From: Alphaproteobacteria bacterium
GTDB lineage: Bacteria > Pseudomonadota > Alphaproteobacteria > SMXQ01
Direction of reading: 5' to 3'
Length of the DNA: 46,385 nucleotides
NCBI GenBank assembly: GCA_047621105.1
Contig: JBLHLO010000001.1
Span: forward strand, 1-46,385
Position 1 is the first letter of the stretch. Every line of letters begins with the position of its first letter. A model generated the notes under the pieces. That model made no database searches, was not told the origin of the DNA, and worked only from the letters and a program-made list of their open reading frames with translations. Position numbers and translations under genes: made by a program. Shown here in pieces: positions 34,604 to 44,376 of the stretch.

Positions 34604-35707
34604 TTATTTCTTGGGGGCTGCTTTCTTGGGCGCGGGCGGGGCCGCATCCTTGGGCTGGGTCATATTGGCCATGGTCTTATTCAGGTTTTTGGTCTCAAAC
34701 GGGTTCAGCACAAAGGCCCAACCTGATGTGAGGGTGTTGATTTTGGCCACTTCCTTGGCGATCTTCGCGGCGTCCACTTTCTTGGGTTCCTTGGGCGTGG
34801 GGTCAGGCCGCGCCTTGACCGCGACCCATAGCTTGCCGCCCATTTCCTTGGCCCAGACCTCAACGATCAACCCATCGAAAGTGGTGTGGCGGGTGCGTGG
34901 GGTGCCGGAAAAATCAAAGCCGATCGCCGTGGCCAGTTTTACATCTTCAAACGCAAGCTGCTGGATGGATCGGGAAATATCCTCAGCGCCGAACAGTTCC
35001 TTAAGCTCACGATCCTTGGGCATGCCCTCAAGGGTGAAGTCGCGTTCGTCCTCATTCTTTTTAAACACCCGCAGTGGTTTCTGGCCGGGCACAAAAAGGG
35101 TGGTTTCACGCACCCGCGGCAGGTCCACCTCGGTAATCATCGTGTTGAGCCAGTTGATGCGTTTATCCGGCACCGGCACCTTGCCATGTGCAAGCCATGC
35201 GCGTTCTTCATTTGGGCGCCGCACGTAAACATCGCTGATGCCAATGACGTTACCCTTATCAAGGCCGACAATCAGCTCCGCCATTTTTGCGCCTTTGGTA
35301 TCGAACAATTCTACCAACGCCCCTTTGGCGCCTTTTGTTTTCGGATCATTGACGCGTAATCGCCCGTATAGTTTTGGGCGGGCGGTCTTGGATTCGATCA
35401 AACGCAACTGCGCCACGCCGGCGGCGACGGCACGCACAATTTCGATCGGGACCGGATAGCCGTATAGTTCCTTTAGCGACCATTGCCGCTTGCCGTCCTT
35501 GATCTTGCTGTCGAGGGTGGAAATACCATCCGCCCGGGTGACTTTGATCTGGGCGACATCGTTCACACGCTGGGCGAGATCTTCGAACATCAATGTGCCG
35601 TTACCCCGCAGTCCCGATCCGGTATCGCGCACAATGGTGAGTCCGATCGCGGCCAGAACGGCAACGAGGGTAATGACAAGTAGCTTGGCGAAAGATTTTG
35701 GTGTCAT
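34604..35707 (-). CDS. DUF4340-like membrane-anchored protein (last gene of the ABC/GldG-like operon)
   Basis: Start is at MTPKSFAKLLVITLVAVLAAIGL (ATG 35707..35705, 2 nt after the upstream stop). It has a single N-terminal TM segment and a Lys/Pro/Ala-rich C-terminus. Its position after a GldG-like gene is the usual DUF4340 context. Confidence 0.65.
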   Translation of the reverse strand: MTPKSFAKLLVITLVAVLAAIGLTIVRDTGSGLRGNGTLMFEDLAQRVNDVAQIKVTRADGISTLDSKIKDGKRQWSLKELYGYPVPIEIVRAVAAGVAQLRLIESKTARPKLYGRLRVNDPKTKGAKGALVELFDTKGAKMAELIVGLDKGNVIGISDVYVRRPNEERAWLAHGKVPVPDKRINWLNTMITEVDLPRVRETTLFVPGQKPLRVFKKNEDERDFTLEGMPKDRELKELFGAEDISRSIQQLAFEDVKLATAIGFDFSGTPRTRHTTFDGLIVEVWAKEMGGKLWVAVKARPDPTPKEPKKVDAAKIAKEVAKINTLTSGWAFVLNPFETKNLNKTMANMTQPKDAAPPAPKKAAPKK

Positions 35708-35709
35708 GG

Positions 35710-37773
35710 CTAGCCCCTCGCCCCGGTTTCCATGCGTTGGCGCCGACGCCGCATGCGCATAAGTCCCAGTACCACGGCGCCGAGCGCGACGAGCAGCGGA
35801 ATCAGGCCGATGTTGATCAGCCAAAGCCGGGATTCCAGTTCTTCAATATCCTTGCGAAGGCCCAGTTGCACGGCCCGCAGTTGCTTGCGGATGCCCAGCA
35901 ACTCACCCTTGAACTTGTTGATTTCCTTGGTCTGGGCGGGGCTCATGATGGGCGTGCTGTCGTTCCCCTTGCCCGGTTGTTGACCGCCGGGGGACTGTAA
36001 CTGGCTGAGCTTGCGCTCGGTCTCTTCACGGCGTTTTTGGAGCTCGCGTTCCTTGGCACGTAAGTTCAATTCTGCTTTGCGCGTCAGGTCTTCCACCAGG
36101 GTGAAGGGGCGACGCGAAACGCCACGCGACCGCAGCCCGATCAACTCATTGGAGCCGGTCAGGTTGTCGATAGCATTCGTCGCTAGGTTCATGTTGTCCG
36201 ATACCGGCACCGCGATGGTTTGGCCGAAAAGGTTCTGGGCCTGCACCCACAGCCGGTCTTGCAGCATGTCGGCGTCGGTAAGTACAACCGCATGTACTGG
36301 TTGGGCACTCAGTTTCTTGTGTGCCTTGGCCAGCCGCCCCCGCAGGTCTTCGGCCACTTTGCGTTTTTCGGCCTCGGTCTTCCTGACCGGCATGGGATCG
36401 TCGTCGGGATTTTTGTTAAACCGCTTCGCTTCCGGGTCGGGCTTCAGGTATTCCGCGACCATAGGCGGCCCGTCGGGAAAAGCGGTCTTGCTCGGCCCGG
36501 TGACGCGCGCCGCCAATACCAGCCGTTTGCCCGAAGGTTTGAAATTCTGAACGATGCTGAGAAAATCAGGCCGCCCGCTCTTGAGGTCTTCGGTCTTCAA
36601 AAGCATGGATTGTTCCGACGTTGCAATCAGGGGGGTAAAGGTCATGCCGCTGCCCGCTTTCATGGAAAGCGCGCCCGCAGAGGTCATGATCATGTTGTCG
36701 ATTTCGGTGGTGATAAGGTCCTTACCGGTCACATTGGATTTGTTGAGCCGTAGCCAGGCTGGATATTCCAACGGCTGCGGCTGCGAATCACTGCCGGCGT
36801 TAATACGGTAGGCGGCGATCATGTCGCCGGCGATCTTGGACGTATCAAATTCCAATCCCCAGACGTCGAAGATCGGCTTGAGATTGGATGCGGTGTCCAC
36901 AAACTTCCCGCCGGGACCGGGGATTTGCTTGGCAATTTCGGCCAAGGGGTCGACGAAGATCAAGGCGCGTCCACCCCGCATCAGGAATTGATCGATGGCA
37001 TAGAGTGCCCGTTTGGAAATTTTGGCCGGGTGGATGATCATCAGCACGTCGACCTTGGGGGGAATTTCCGCGGCCTCGAACGATATGTCCTCGACCGTGA
37101 ACAATTGCCGGAGATGGTTGGGCAATTGCCAGGGCCGGCCCATGGCCGACATGCGCGCCATCATTGACCCTGGAAAGCCGCGCACCGGCAGCCAGCTCAT
37201 CAGGCCGATCACTTTGCGGTCAGGATTGGCAAGCCGGTAGATCACCTTGGTCAGGTCGTATTCCAGGAAGGGTTCCCGGTCAGGAGAAAAGAACGGGATG
37301 ACTTCACTTTCATCGGTGGAATTGCTCCCGGCTAGGCCGAAATAGACCTTTTCGCCCGTTTGGTCCAACGGCAGGCCCTGCAGGCCGGCTTCGACCGCTT
37401 CGTCTTCAGCGTCGGAAAACGAGACGGGGTCCACTTCCAAAAGCCGGATCTTGCCGCCCGCATTGGCAGTATATTCTTTGAGCATGTCGCGCACTCGGCT
37501 GGCGTATTTGCCGAGCCCGGGCAGCCCTTTGCCCAGCGCAGATGAGAAATAGAAACGTAACGTCACCGGCTCGTCGATCTGGCTCAGGACTTTGTGAGTG
37601 CCTGGTGACAGGGTGAACAGTTTATCAGCCGTCAGGTCCAGACGCGTGCCGACAAGCGTGCTGCGGGCGACGACGTTAATGGCGACGAACAGGATCAACG
37701 CAAGCAAGATCGACCAAACTGCAAGTGTCCGGCCAGAACCCATCGATGAGAAGAAGGATTTTTCGGTCATCAT
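35710..37773 (-). CDS. GldG-like auxiliary component of an ABC-2 type transport system
   Basis: 687 aa with an N-terminal TM segment, a large extracytoplasmic region, a coiled-coil (RKAELNLRAKERELQKRREETERKLSQL) and a C-terminal TM segment followed by an Arg-rich tail. This is the architecture of GldG-family proteins. Confidence 0.75.
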   Translation of the reverse strand: MMTEKSFFSSMGSGRTLAVWSILLALILFVAINVVARSTLVGTRLDLTADKLFTLSPGTHKVLSQIDEPVTLRFYFSSALGKGLPGLGKYASRVRDMLKEYTANAGGKIRLLEVDPVSFSDAEDEAVEAGLQGLPLDQTGEKVYFGLAGSNSTDESEVIPFFSPDREPFLEYDLTKVIYRLANPDRKVIGLMSWLPVRGFPGSMMARMSAMGRPWQLPNHLRQLFTVEDISFEAAEIPPKVDVLMIIHPAKISKRALYAIDQFLMRGGRALIFVDPLAEIAKQIPGPGGKFVDTASNLKPIFDVWGLEFDTSKIAGDMIAAYRINAGSDSQPQPLEYPAWLRLNKSNVTGKDLITTEIDNMIMTSAGALSMKAGSGMTFTPLIATSEQSMLLKTEDLKSGRPDFLSIVQNFKPSGKRLVLAARVTGPSKTAFPDGPPMVAEYLKPDPEAKRFNKNPDDDPMPVRKTEAEKRKVAEDLRGRLAKAHKKLSAQPVHAVVLTDADMLQDRLWVQAQNLFGQTIAVPVSDNMNLATNAIDNLTGSNELIGLRSRGVSRRPFTLVEDLTRKAELNLRAKERELQKRREETERKLSQLQSPGGQQPGKGNDSTPIMSPAQTKEINKFKGELLGIRKQLRAVQLGLRKDIEELESRLWLINIGLIPLLVALGAVVLGLMRMRRRRQRMETGARG

Positions 37774-37779
37774 CTTCTC

Positions 37780-38514
37780 CTAGCGCGCTTTAAGAATATT
37801 GACGAGGACGATGTTGATGAACAGGAACAACATCATCACAGATACGAAATAGACCAGATTGACAAGGTCGAGCACGCCCTTGGATATGGCGTCGAAATTG
37901 GCTATGAAGCTGAGCCCGGCGACCACGTCGATGACGCCTTGGGGCGCCCAGCCCGTAACAAATTCCAGCACCAGTGGCGTGCCTGCGACGGTGAATATCA
38001 GGCTGACGATCACCGCTAGCACGAAAGCGATCACCTGGTTCTTGGACGCGGTCGAAAAACAAGAACCGATGGCCAGAAAAGCGCCGCCCATGACGAGACT
38101 GCCGACATAACCGGCGATGATCACGCCGTTATCGGGATCACCTAGATAGTTGACCGTGATCCAAATCGGGAAGGTCAGTGCGACGGCGATGGCGGCAAAA
38201 CACCAAGCGGCAAAGAATTTTGCCAGCACCGCCTGGGTCGGTGAAATCGGCAAGGTTAGGAGAAGTTCGATAGTGCCGGTCTTGCGTTCGTCCGACCACA
38301 ACCGCATGGAAACGGCAGGCACCAAAAGAAGGTAAAGCCAGGTGTGGAATGCAAAGAACGGCACGAGGTCGGCTTGGCCGCGGCCAAAAAAGCCGCCGAG
38401 AAAGAATGTCATCGCGCCGAGTAGGGCCAGGAAGACGACGATAAAGACGTAAGCGACGGGGGTGACGAAGTAGCTCACCAGTTCCCGGCGGAAAAGGGTC
38501 AAGGTTGTGTTCAT
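37780..38514 (-). CDS. ABC-2 type transporter permease
   Basis: 244 aa with six hydrophobic segments. The N-terminus is FRRELVSYFVTPVAYVFIVVFL. The start overlaps the ATPase stop (ATGA). Confidence 0.85.
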   Translation of the reverse strand: MNTTLTLFRRELVSYFVTPVAYVFIVVFLALLGAMTFFLGGFFGRGQADLVPFFAFHTWLYLLLVPAVSMRLWSDERKTGTIELLLTLPISPTQAVLAKFFAAWCFAAIAVALTFPIWITVNYLGDPDNGVIIAGYVGSLVMGGAFLAIGSCFSTASKNQVIAFVLAVIVSLIFTVAGTPLVLEFVTGWAPQGVIDVVAGLSFIANFDAISKGVLDLVNLVYFVSVMMLFLFINIVLVNILKAR

Positions 38515-39479
38515 CGGTCGCCCCCCGTGCTTGCTTGGGCTTGGTTGAGGGGTTTGCCGGTGGTGACGGCGCGGAACACATCTTCGAGGCGTCCGCGTTC
38601 AAGCCGGATATCGGCCACAGACACACCCTTTTGGCGCACCAACACCCGCACATCGTCGAGGATGTTGGCGTTTGCTGCCGGGATAGCGATTAGGCAGTGG
38701 CGTTCCATTTCGACATGGGCGACATTGGTTAGGCTTTCGATGTCCGCCTTCAATTGCGCCAGTGTTGCATCACTTGCGGTAACGGAAACGACGTTATGAC
38801 GATCTGAGCGCGCTTCAAGATCGTCCGGCGTGCCATCGGCGACGATGCGTCCACGGGCGATGATGATGGCGCGTGAACAGACCGCATCCACTTCTTCGAG
38901 AATATGGGTGGAAATAATGATCGCTTTATCGGGCGCCATTTCCTGAATCAATGCCCTCACTTCATGTTTCTGATTGGGATCAAGCCCGTCGGTGGGTTCG
39001 TCCAGGATCAGAACATCGGGATCGTGGAGCAGCGCCGCCGCCAAGCCGACCCGGCGTTTGAAGCCGCGCGATAAGGTATCGATCAGCTGGTACATGACGC
39101 CTTCAAGCTGTGTACGGCCCGCCGCCGTCTTGATGCGCATATCGGCTTCTTGTCCGGAAAAGCCGCGCACGCTGGCAATAAAACTGAGGAACGACAGCGG
39201 CGTCATCTCAAGGTAGCTGGGGGCGCCTTCCGGCATATAACCAAAACGCCGCTTGGCCTCGATCGGTTGGGTGCTGATATCAAAGCCGCAGACGCGTGCG
39301 CTGCCGGCATCGGGTTCCAAGAACCCGGTGATCATTTTCATGGTGGTAGATTTGCCAGCGCCGTTGGGGCCGAGGAAGCCCAAGACCTCACCCTTCTGGA
39401 CCTCAAGCGTGATGTCATCAACGGCCTGAATAGCGCCGAAGCGCTTGGATAGGCCCTCCACCTCAATCATCGCTACCAT
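38511..39479 (-). CDS. ABC transporter ATP-binding protein
   Basis: Has Walker A GPNGAGKST, the signature LSRGFKRR, and Walker B LILDEPTDGLD. I chose the start at MVAMIEVEG (ATG 39479..39477). The track's longer N-terminus lacks an SD. Confidence 0.9.
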   Translation of the reverse strand: MVAMIEVEGLSKRFGAIQAVDDITLEVQKGEVLGFLGPNGAGKSTTMKMITGFLEPDAGSARVCGFDISTQPIEAKRRFGYMPEGAPSYLEMTPLSFLSFIASVRGFSGQEADMRIKTAAGRTQLEGVMYQLIDTLSRGFKRRVGLAAALLHDPDVLILDEPTDGLDPNQKHEVRALIQEMAPDKAIIISTHILEEVDAVCSRAIIIARGRIVADGTPDDLEARSDRHNVVSVTASDATLAQLKADIESLTNVAHVEMERHCLIAIPAANANILDDVRVLVRQKGVSVADIRLERGRLEDVFRAVTTGKPLNQAQASTGGDR

Positions 39480-39644
39480 TGGTTCACGAACTCCCTGGTT
39501 CTTCACGGGCGCCTGTTTCAATGCGGCGCCACTGATTTGGTCGGGCGTCAATGACGCCCGGACAATGTTTTTAGGGGTGTTGCCCGGATTTTCAAGGGGT
39601 AAGTATCATTAAAAAGGTCCGAAGGGGGGCTTAATGCACTCCGA

Positions 39645-40955
39645 CTATGTCGGAATTGTGTCGGGCCCAGCGACCACGCCGCTATCAAAGAGCCGCCCGA
39701 TCTCCCCCGAATCCATGCCCAGCACGTCGCCCAGCACCGCTTCGGTGTCGCCACCAAGCGCCGGTGCCGGGCGGGCGGGCACCCGCGGGAAAGCGCCGAA
39801 TGCCAAGGGGGAGCCCGGTGCCAGGTAAGAGCCGATGCCGGGCTGGTAAAGGGGGCTCATCAATGGATTAGCCGGTGAGCAGAGGGGGTCGTTTTCGACC
39901 AATTCGCGAAAACTCTGATAGGGGCCCCAGCACACGCCACAATCATCGAAAATGCGGGTCACTTCGGTGAAGGGGCGGGCTTTGATCCAAGGCGCGATCT
40001 GCCCAGCGATTTCTTCGCGGGCTTCGAACCGCTCGCCCTGGCGGGTGAGATCGCGGCCAAGACGTTGGCCAAGTGTCGCCATTTCCCCGGCCAGCTTGGT
40101 CGCCGCAAGCAGGGATTGCCACTGGCGGCCGGTCAGGCCCACGACCATGACCCGTCGCCCGTCTCGGGTTTTAAAATCCCGCCCAAAGCCACCAAAAAGA
40201 TCATTACCGTGGCGTGTCCGGTCGTCATCGTTGATCATCACCTCGCCAATCACACCAAGCGCCCCGGTCACGGCCAGGGCGACGTCGCTGAGCGCGAGAC
40301 TGACCAATTGTCCGTCCCCAGTGAGGCTGCGATGGCGTTCCGCTGCCAATAGCCCGCAAGCCGCCCAGATGCCGCAGGCGGCATCCCAGGCCGGCAGCAC
40401 GTGGTTGACCGGGCCCTGAGCGTCCTGAGGTCCGGTGACCATGGGCCAGCCCATGCGCGCATTGACGGTGTAATCGACCGCAGATTTGCCGTCATGGTCG
40501 CCGGTGACGTTGATCATGATGAGATCATCGCGCAAGGCCCGCAGCCGCTGATAATCAAGCCAGCCGCGGGCTGGAAAATTGGTCAGGAACAGGCCGGCGC
40601 CATCCCCCGGCCCCGTGATCAGCCGGGTCGCGATCTCGGCTCCTTCGGGGCGGGTGAGGTCAATGGCGATCGACTTTTTGCCTTTATTCAATCCGGCCCA
40701 GAATAGCGAGCGACCCTCTTTGGTGACCGGCCAGCGTTGGTAATCAAGGCCGCCGCCGATAGGATCGAAGCGGATCACCTCGGCGCCCAATTCGGCCAGG
40801 GTCATGCCGCCCAGCGGCGCGGCCACAAAGGCCGACCCTTCGATCACGCGCAGGCCCTTGAGCAGGGGCAGCGACTGGGGCGCAGGGCCGCTGTCCGGCA
40901 AGGGATCAGGGTCGGGGCCAGGGCTGCTCGCGTCAGGGTTTGGATGGCTTGCCAT
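39645..40955 (-). CDS. Family III CoA-transferase (CaiB/BaiF type) with a Pro/Asp-rich N-terminal extension
   Basis: The core GLRVIEGSAFVAAPLGGMTLAELGAEVIRFD and GLNKGKKSIAIDL are typical of CoA_transf_3. I set the start at MASHPNP (40955) so that it follows the upstream stop at 40966. Confidence 0.8.
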   Translation of the reverse strand: MASHPNPDASSPGPDPDPLPDSGPAPQSLPLLKGLRVIEGSAFVAAPLGGMTLAELGAEVIRFDPIGGGLDYQRWPVTKEGRSLFWAGLNKGKKSIAIDLTRPEGAEIATRLITGPGDGAGLFLTNFPARGWLDYQRLRALRDDLIMINVTGDHDGKSAVDYTVNARMGWPMVTGPQDAQGPVNHVLPAWDAACGIWAACGLLAAERHRSLTGDGQLVSLALSDVALAVTGALGVIGEVMINDDDRTRHGNDLFGGFGRDFKTRDGRRVMVVGLTGRQWQSLLAATKLAGEMATLGQRLGRDLTRQGERFEAREEIAGQIAPWIKARPFTEVTRIFDDCGVCWGPYQSFRELVENDPLCSPANPLMSPLYQPGIGSYLAPGSPLAFGAFPRVPARPAPALGGDTEAVLGDVLGMDSGEIGRLFDSGVVAGPDTIPT

Positions 40956-40965
40956 GTTCTCTGTC

Positions 40966-42036
40966 TTATTGCTCTCGGCCGAAACGGGCCCGGGCCCACT
41001 CGGCCCCTGCAAAGATATATTGGGTGCCGATATTGACCAGCACCACCCTTAAGAGGTGGAAGGCAACAACCAGCGGCACGCCCAGTTGGAGCACTTCGGC
41101 GGTAATGGTCATTTCCGCGAACCCCCCTGGTGCGGTGCCGGTCAGCACGGTTGCCAGCGGCATGCCCGAAACCCAGGCGATGGCAAAGCCGAGCGCGGCT
41201 GAGGCGATAATGACGATAACCGTGTTGAGGATGGCAAAGGGGAGGAACAGTTTATAGCGCAGGAAGAATTCGCGCTCAAACCGGGCGCCCAGCGTCAGGC
41301 CGAAGGCCAGTTGGGCAAAATCGATCAGCCAGGAAGGGATTGCCGATAGCTGTACCCCGTTAAGCACCAGGGCCCCGCCAACGAAGATCGGCATCAACAA
41401 AAAGCCATTTTGTACGCGAATTTTGCCGCCCAGCCAGCCGAGCACCAGGGCGGCCGCCATCCACGGCCAGAGCCGCGTGTGGTCGAGAATGAATACCGGC
41501 CGGGTCGTAAAGTCGTTCCCTGAGAACCCGGCATAGGTGAGGACGAACGGCACCACAATGACGACAATGGAGACACGGAGACTATGGGCGAGCGCGACCG
41601 CCGGCACCGAGGCCCCACAACGCTCGGCGAGCACGGACATTTCCATCGCCCCGCCCGGGATTGAGGCGAAAAACGACGTTTTACCGTCCACACCTGAAGC
41701 CCGCATCAATATCAGTGCCCCGATGCCGCCTATGACGAAGGCGAATAATGTGGCGGCAAAAATCGCACCGAGATGGGCGAAAAGCGCCGCCAAGACGGCT
41801 GGGGTCAAATAAAGCGCGACGGCGGACCCCACGACAGCTTGACCGACCTGGCGGCCGTAGGGGAAGTGCAGCAAGTTATGGCCCATCAGGTTGAGCCCGC
41901 CGATGGCCAGCATCGGCCCGATCATCCAAGGCAGGGGCGTGCCCAGCCAATCGAATAGCCCCCCCATGGGAATGCCCACGGCAAGGGATTTGAGGATGCC
42001 CGGCAATTTTTCGCGCAGATTTGAAAGCTCGCTCAT
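40966..42036 (-). CDS. AbrB-family (duplicated AbrB/'putative ammonia monooxygenase') integral membrane protein
   Basis: 356 aa with about 10 TM segments and an internal duplication. The motifs GIPMGGLFDWLG.PLPWMIGPM and IPGGAMEMSVLAE / APGGFAEMTITAE are typical of this family. Confidence 0.7.
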   Translation of the reverse strand: MSELSNLREKLPGILKSLAVGIPMGGLFDWLGTPLPWMIGPMLAIGGLNLMGHNLLHFPYGRQVGQAVVGSAVALYLTPAVLAALFAHLGAIFAATLFAFVIGGIGALILMRASGVDGKTSFFASIPGGAMEMSVLAERCGASVPAVALAHSLRVSIVVIVVPFVLTYAGFSGNDFTTRPVFILDHTRLWPWMAAALVLGWLGGKIRVQNGFLLMPIFVGGALVLNGVQLSAIPSWLIDFAQLAFGLTLGARFEREFFLRYKLFLPFAILNTVIVIIASAALGFAIAWVSGMPLATVLTGTAPGGFAEMTITAEVLQLGVPLVVAFHLLRVVLVNIGTQYIFAGAEWARARFGREQ

Positions 42037-42273
42037 AGGTTGGGCGCGCAGGCCACCTCCGGCTAGAAAACGGGGAAAGAGGGCCCCATATAACCCATCA
42101 GATGCACCCTGGCGAGGGGGCTTTCAGACGTTCATGCCCGCTTTTAACAGGTTGTCCACCGCATTTTTCAAACCCTTGCCGTTTAGTCATTGCCACCTCG
42201 CGTGTGATTGCTTATCAACCAATGTCCTGGGTGTTTTGGCCCAGCCGATATCAGTGAGCGGGGGCCTCAGAAA

Positions 42274-44328
42274 TTGTCTACAAAGTCAGCGCCGGAAGAG
42301 AAAACTTCAAGCCTCGATCCCGCGCTGCATAGCCGCATGGCGAATGCCATCCGGTTTCTCGCTGTTGACGCGGTGGAAGCCGCGAAATCGGGCCATCCCG
42401 GCATGCCGATGGGCATGGCCGATGTCGCGACGGTGTTATTTTCACGGTTTCTTAAATTCGATGCCAGCGACCCCCATTGGCCTGACCGCGATCGTTTCGT
42501 GCTATCGGCGGGGCATGGCTCGATGCTGCTCTATGCCGTCTTGCATCTGACCGGCCACAAAGATTTTCCCATCGACCAGCTAAAGCGCTTTCGCCAATTG
42601 GGGGCATTTTGTGCCGGACACCCCGAATACGGCCATGGCGCCGGCATTGAAACCACTACCGGCCCCTTGGGGCAGGGCATCGCCAATGCGGTCGGCATGG
42701 CCTTGGCCGAGCGTCACATGGCAGCGCGTTTCGACAAGGATTTAGTCGATCATTATACCTACGCGATTGCCGGTGACGGTTGCTTGATGGAAGGCATCAG
42801 TCACGAAGCAGCATCCTTGGCAGGGCATCTGGGCCTTGGACGCTTGATCGTGCTGTTTGACGATAACAAAATTTGCATCGACGGGCCGACCGACCTCACT
42901 GTGTCCGAAGATACACTCAAGCGGTTTGACGCCTATGGCTGGGATGTTGCCAGCGCCGATGGCCATGATCCCGAAGCCATCGCCGGGGCTATCGCGGCCG
43001 CACAAAAAACCGATAAGCCGTCATTGATTGCCATGCGGACACAAATCGGTTTTGGCGCGCCGACCAAGGCAGGCACTGCGGCAACCCATGGCGCACCTCT
43101 AGGTGCCGATGAAATTGCTGGGGCCCGTGATCGGCTTGGCTGGACCGCGGCCCCGTTTGAAGTGCCGGATGATGTGGCGGACGCCTGGCGTGCGGCCGGT
43201 GCCCGGGGCAAGGTAGCCCATGACAATTGGCGGGCGCGTCACACAGGTGCTGATGCGGCGACCCGCGCGGCTTTCGACGGGGCGATCAATGGGGATTTGC
43301 CCAAAGATTTCGACGCCGTGTTGGCCGCATATATCAACCGGATCGCCACCGAGGCGCCCAATTGGGCGACCCGCAAGGCGTCCCTGGAAGCCCTGGAAGC
43401 CTTAACCCCTGGGGTGCCCGAAATGGTTGGCGGTTCGGCCGACTTGACGGGGTCCAACAATACCCAGTCGAAGGTGCAGGACGTTCTCAACCGATCCAAT
43501 TACGGCGGGCGCTACATCCATTACGGGGTGCGTGAGCACGGCATGGCGGCCGCCATGAACGGCATGGCTTTGCATGGCGGCATCATTCCTTATGGCGGCA
43601 CCTTCTTGGTGTTTACCGATTATTGCCGGCCGTCGATCCGTCTTGCGGCGCTGATGGGCCTGCGCGTTATTTATGTCATGACCCATGATTCCATTGGCCT
43701 TGGGGAAGATGGGCCAACCCACCAGCCGGTTGAGCATCTGATGAGCCTGCGCGTCATGCCGGGCCTTGCCGTCTTCCGACCTGCCGACGCGGTGGAGACA
43801 GCCGAATGTTGGGCGCTGGCGCTTAAACGCACGGATGGCCCCTCCGTTATTGCGCTGACGCGTCAGAACGTGCCGACGCTGCGTCCCGAAGCCTGGACGG
43901 ATAACCGCTCAGCCGAGGGGGCTTATGTGTTGGCCGAAGCAGCCGAATCAGTCAATAGCGGCCCGCGGCAAGTGACCTTGATCGGTACCGGTTCCGAAGT
44001 CAGCATTGCCATGGCAGCCCGTGATCTCTTGGCCAAGGATGGGATCAAGGCGGCCGTCGTTTCCATGCCGTCGTTTGAACTGTTCGATGCACAATCAGCG
44101 GCGGCGCGCGAAAGGGTCCTGGGCAGGGACACGGTACGCATCGCCATCGAAGCGGGCATAGATTTCGGCTGGGAACGTTATCTTAATGGGCCGGGTTCAG
44201 CCGGGGGCGCCGCTATTACCATGACCAGTTTCGGGGCCTCGGCCCCCGCCGAGGATCTCTACCGGCATTTCGGCATTACTGCCGAAGCCGCCGCCGCGAA
44301 AGCGAAAGAGCTACTGGCTGCAAAATAA
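42274..44328 (+). CDS. tkt: Transketolase
   Basis: Contains [56 protein letters not shown] and [16 protein letters not shown]. The start is uncertain: TTG 42274 is proposed, ATG 42337 is the minimal start, and the track's TTG is at 42208. Confidence 0.95.
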   Translation: MSTKSAPEEKTSSLDPALHSRMANAIRFLAVDAVEAAKSGHPGMPMGMADVATVLFSRFLKFDASDPHWPDRDRFVLSAGHGSMLLYAVLHLTGHKDFPIDQLKRFRQLGAFCAGHPEYGHGAGIETTTGPLGQGIANAVGMALAERHMAARFDKDLVDHYTYAIAGDGCLMEGISHEAASLAGHLGLGRLIVLFDDNKICIDGPTDLTVSEDTLKRFDAYGWDVASADGHDPEAIAGAIAAAQKTDKPSLIAMRTQIGFGAPTKAGTAATHGAPLGADEIAGARDRLGWTAAPFEVPDDVADAWRAAGARGKVAHDNWRARHTGADAATRAAFDGAINGDLPKDFDAVLAAYINRIATEAPNWATRKASLEALEALTPGVPEMVGGSADLTGSNNTQSKVQDVLNRSNYGGRYIHYGVREHGMAAAMNGMALHGGIIPYGGTFLVFTDYCRPSIRLAALMGLRVIYVMTHDSIGLGEDGPTHQPVEHLMSLRVMPGLAVFRPADAVETAECWALALKRTDGPSVIALTRQNVPTLRPEAWTDNRSAEGAYVLAEAAESVNSGPRQVTLIGTGSEVSIAMAARDLLAKDGIKAAVVSMPSFELFDAQSAAARERVLGRDTVRIAIEAGIDFGWERYLNGPGSAGGAAITMTSFGASAPAEDLYRHFGITAEAAAAKAKELLAAK

Positions 44329-44376
44329 AACATCTAGTAACAACTGCGTTCAATAAGATACGGGAGAGAATTGATC

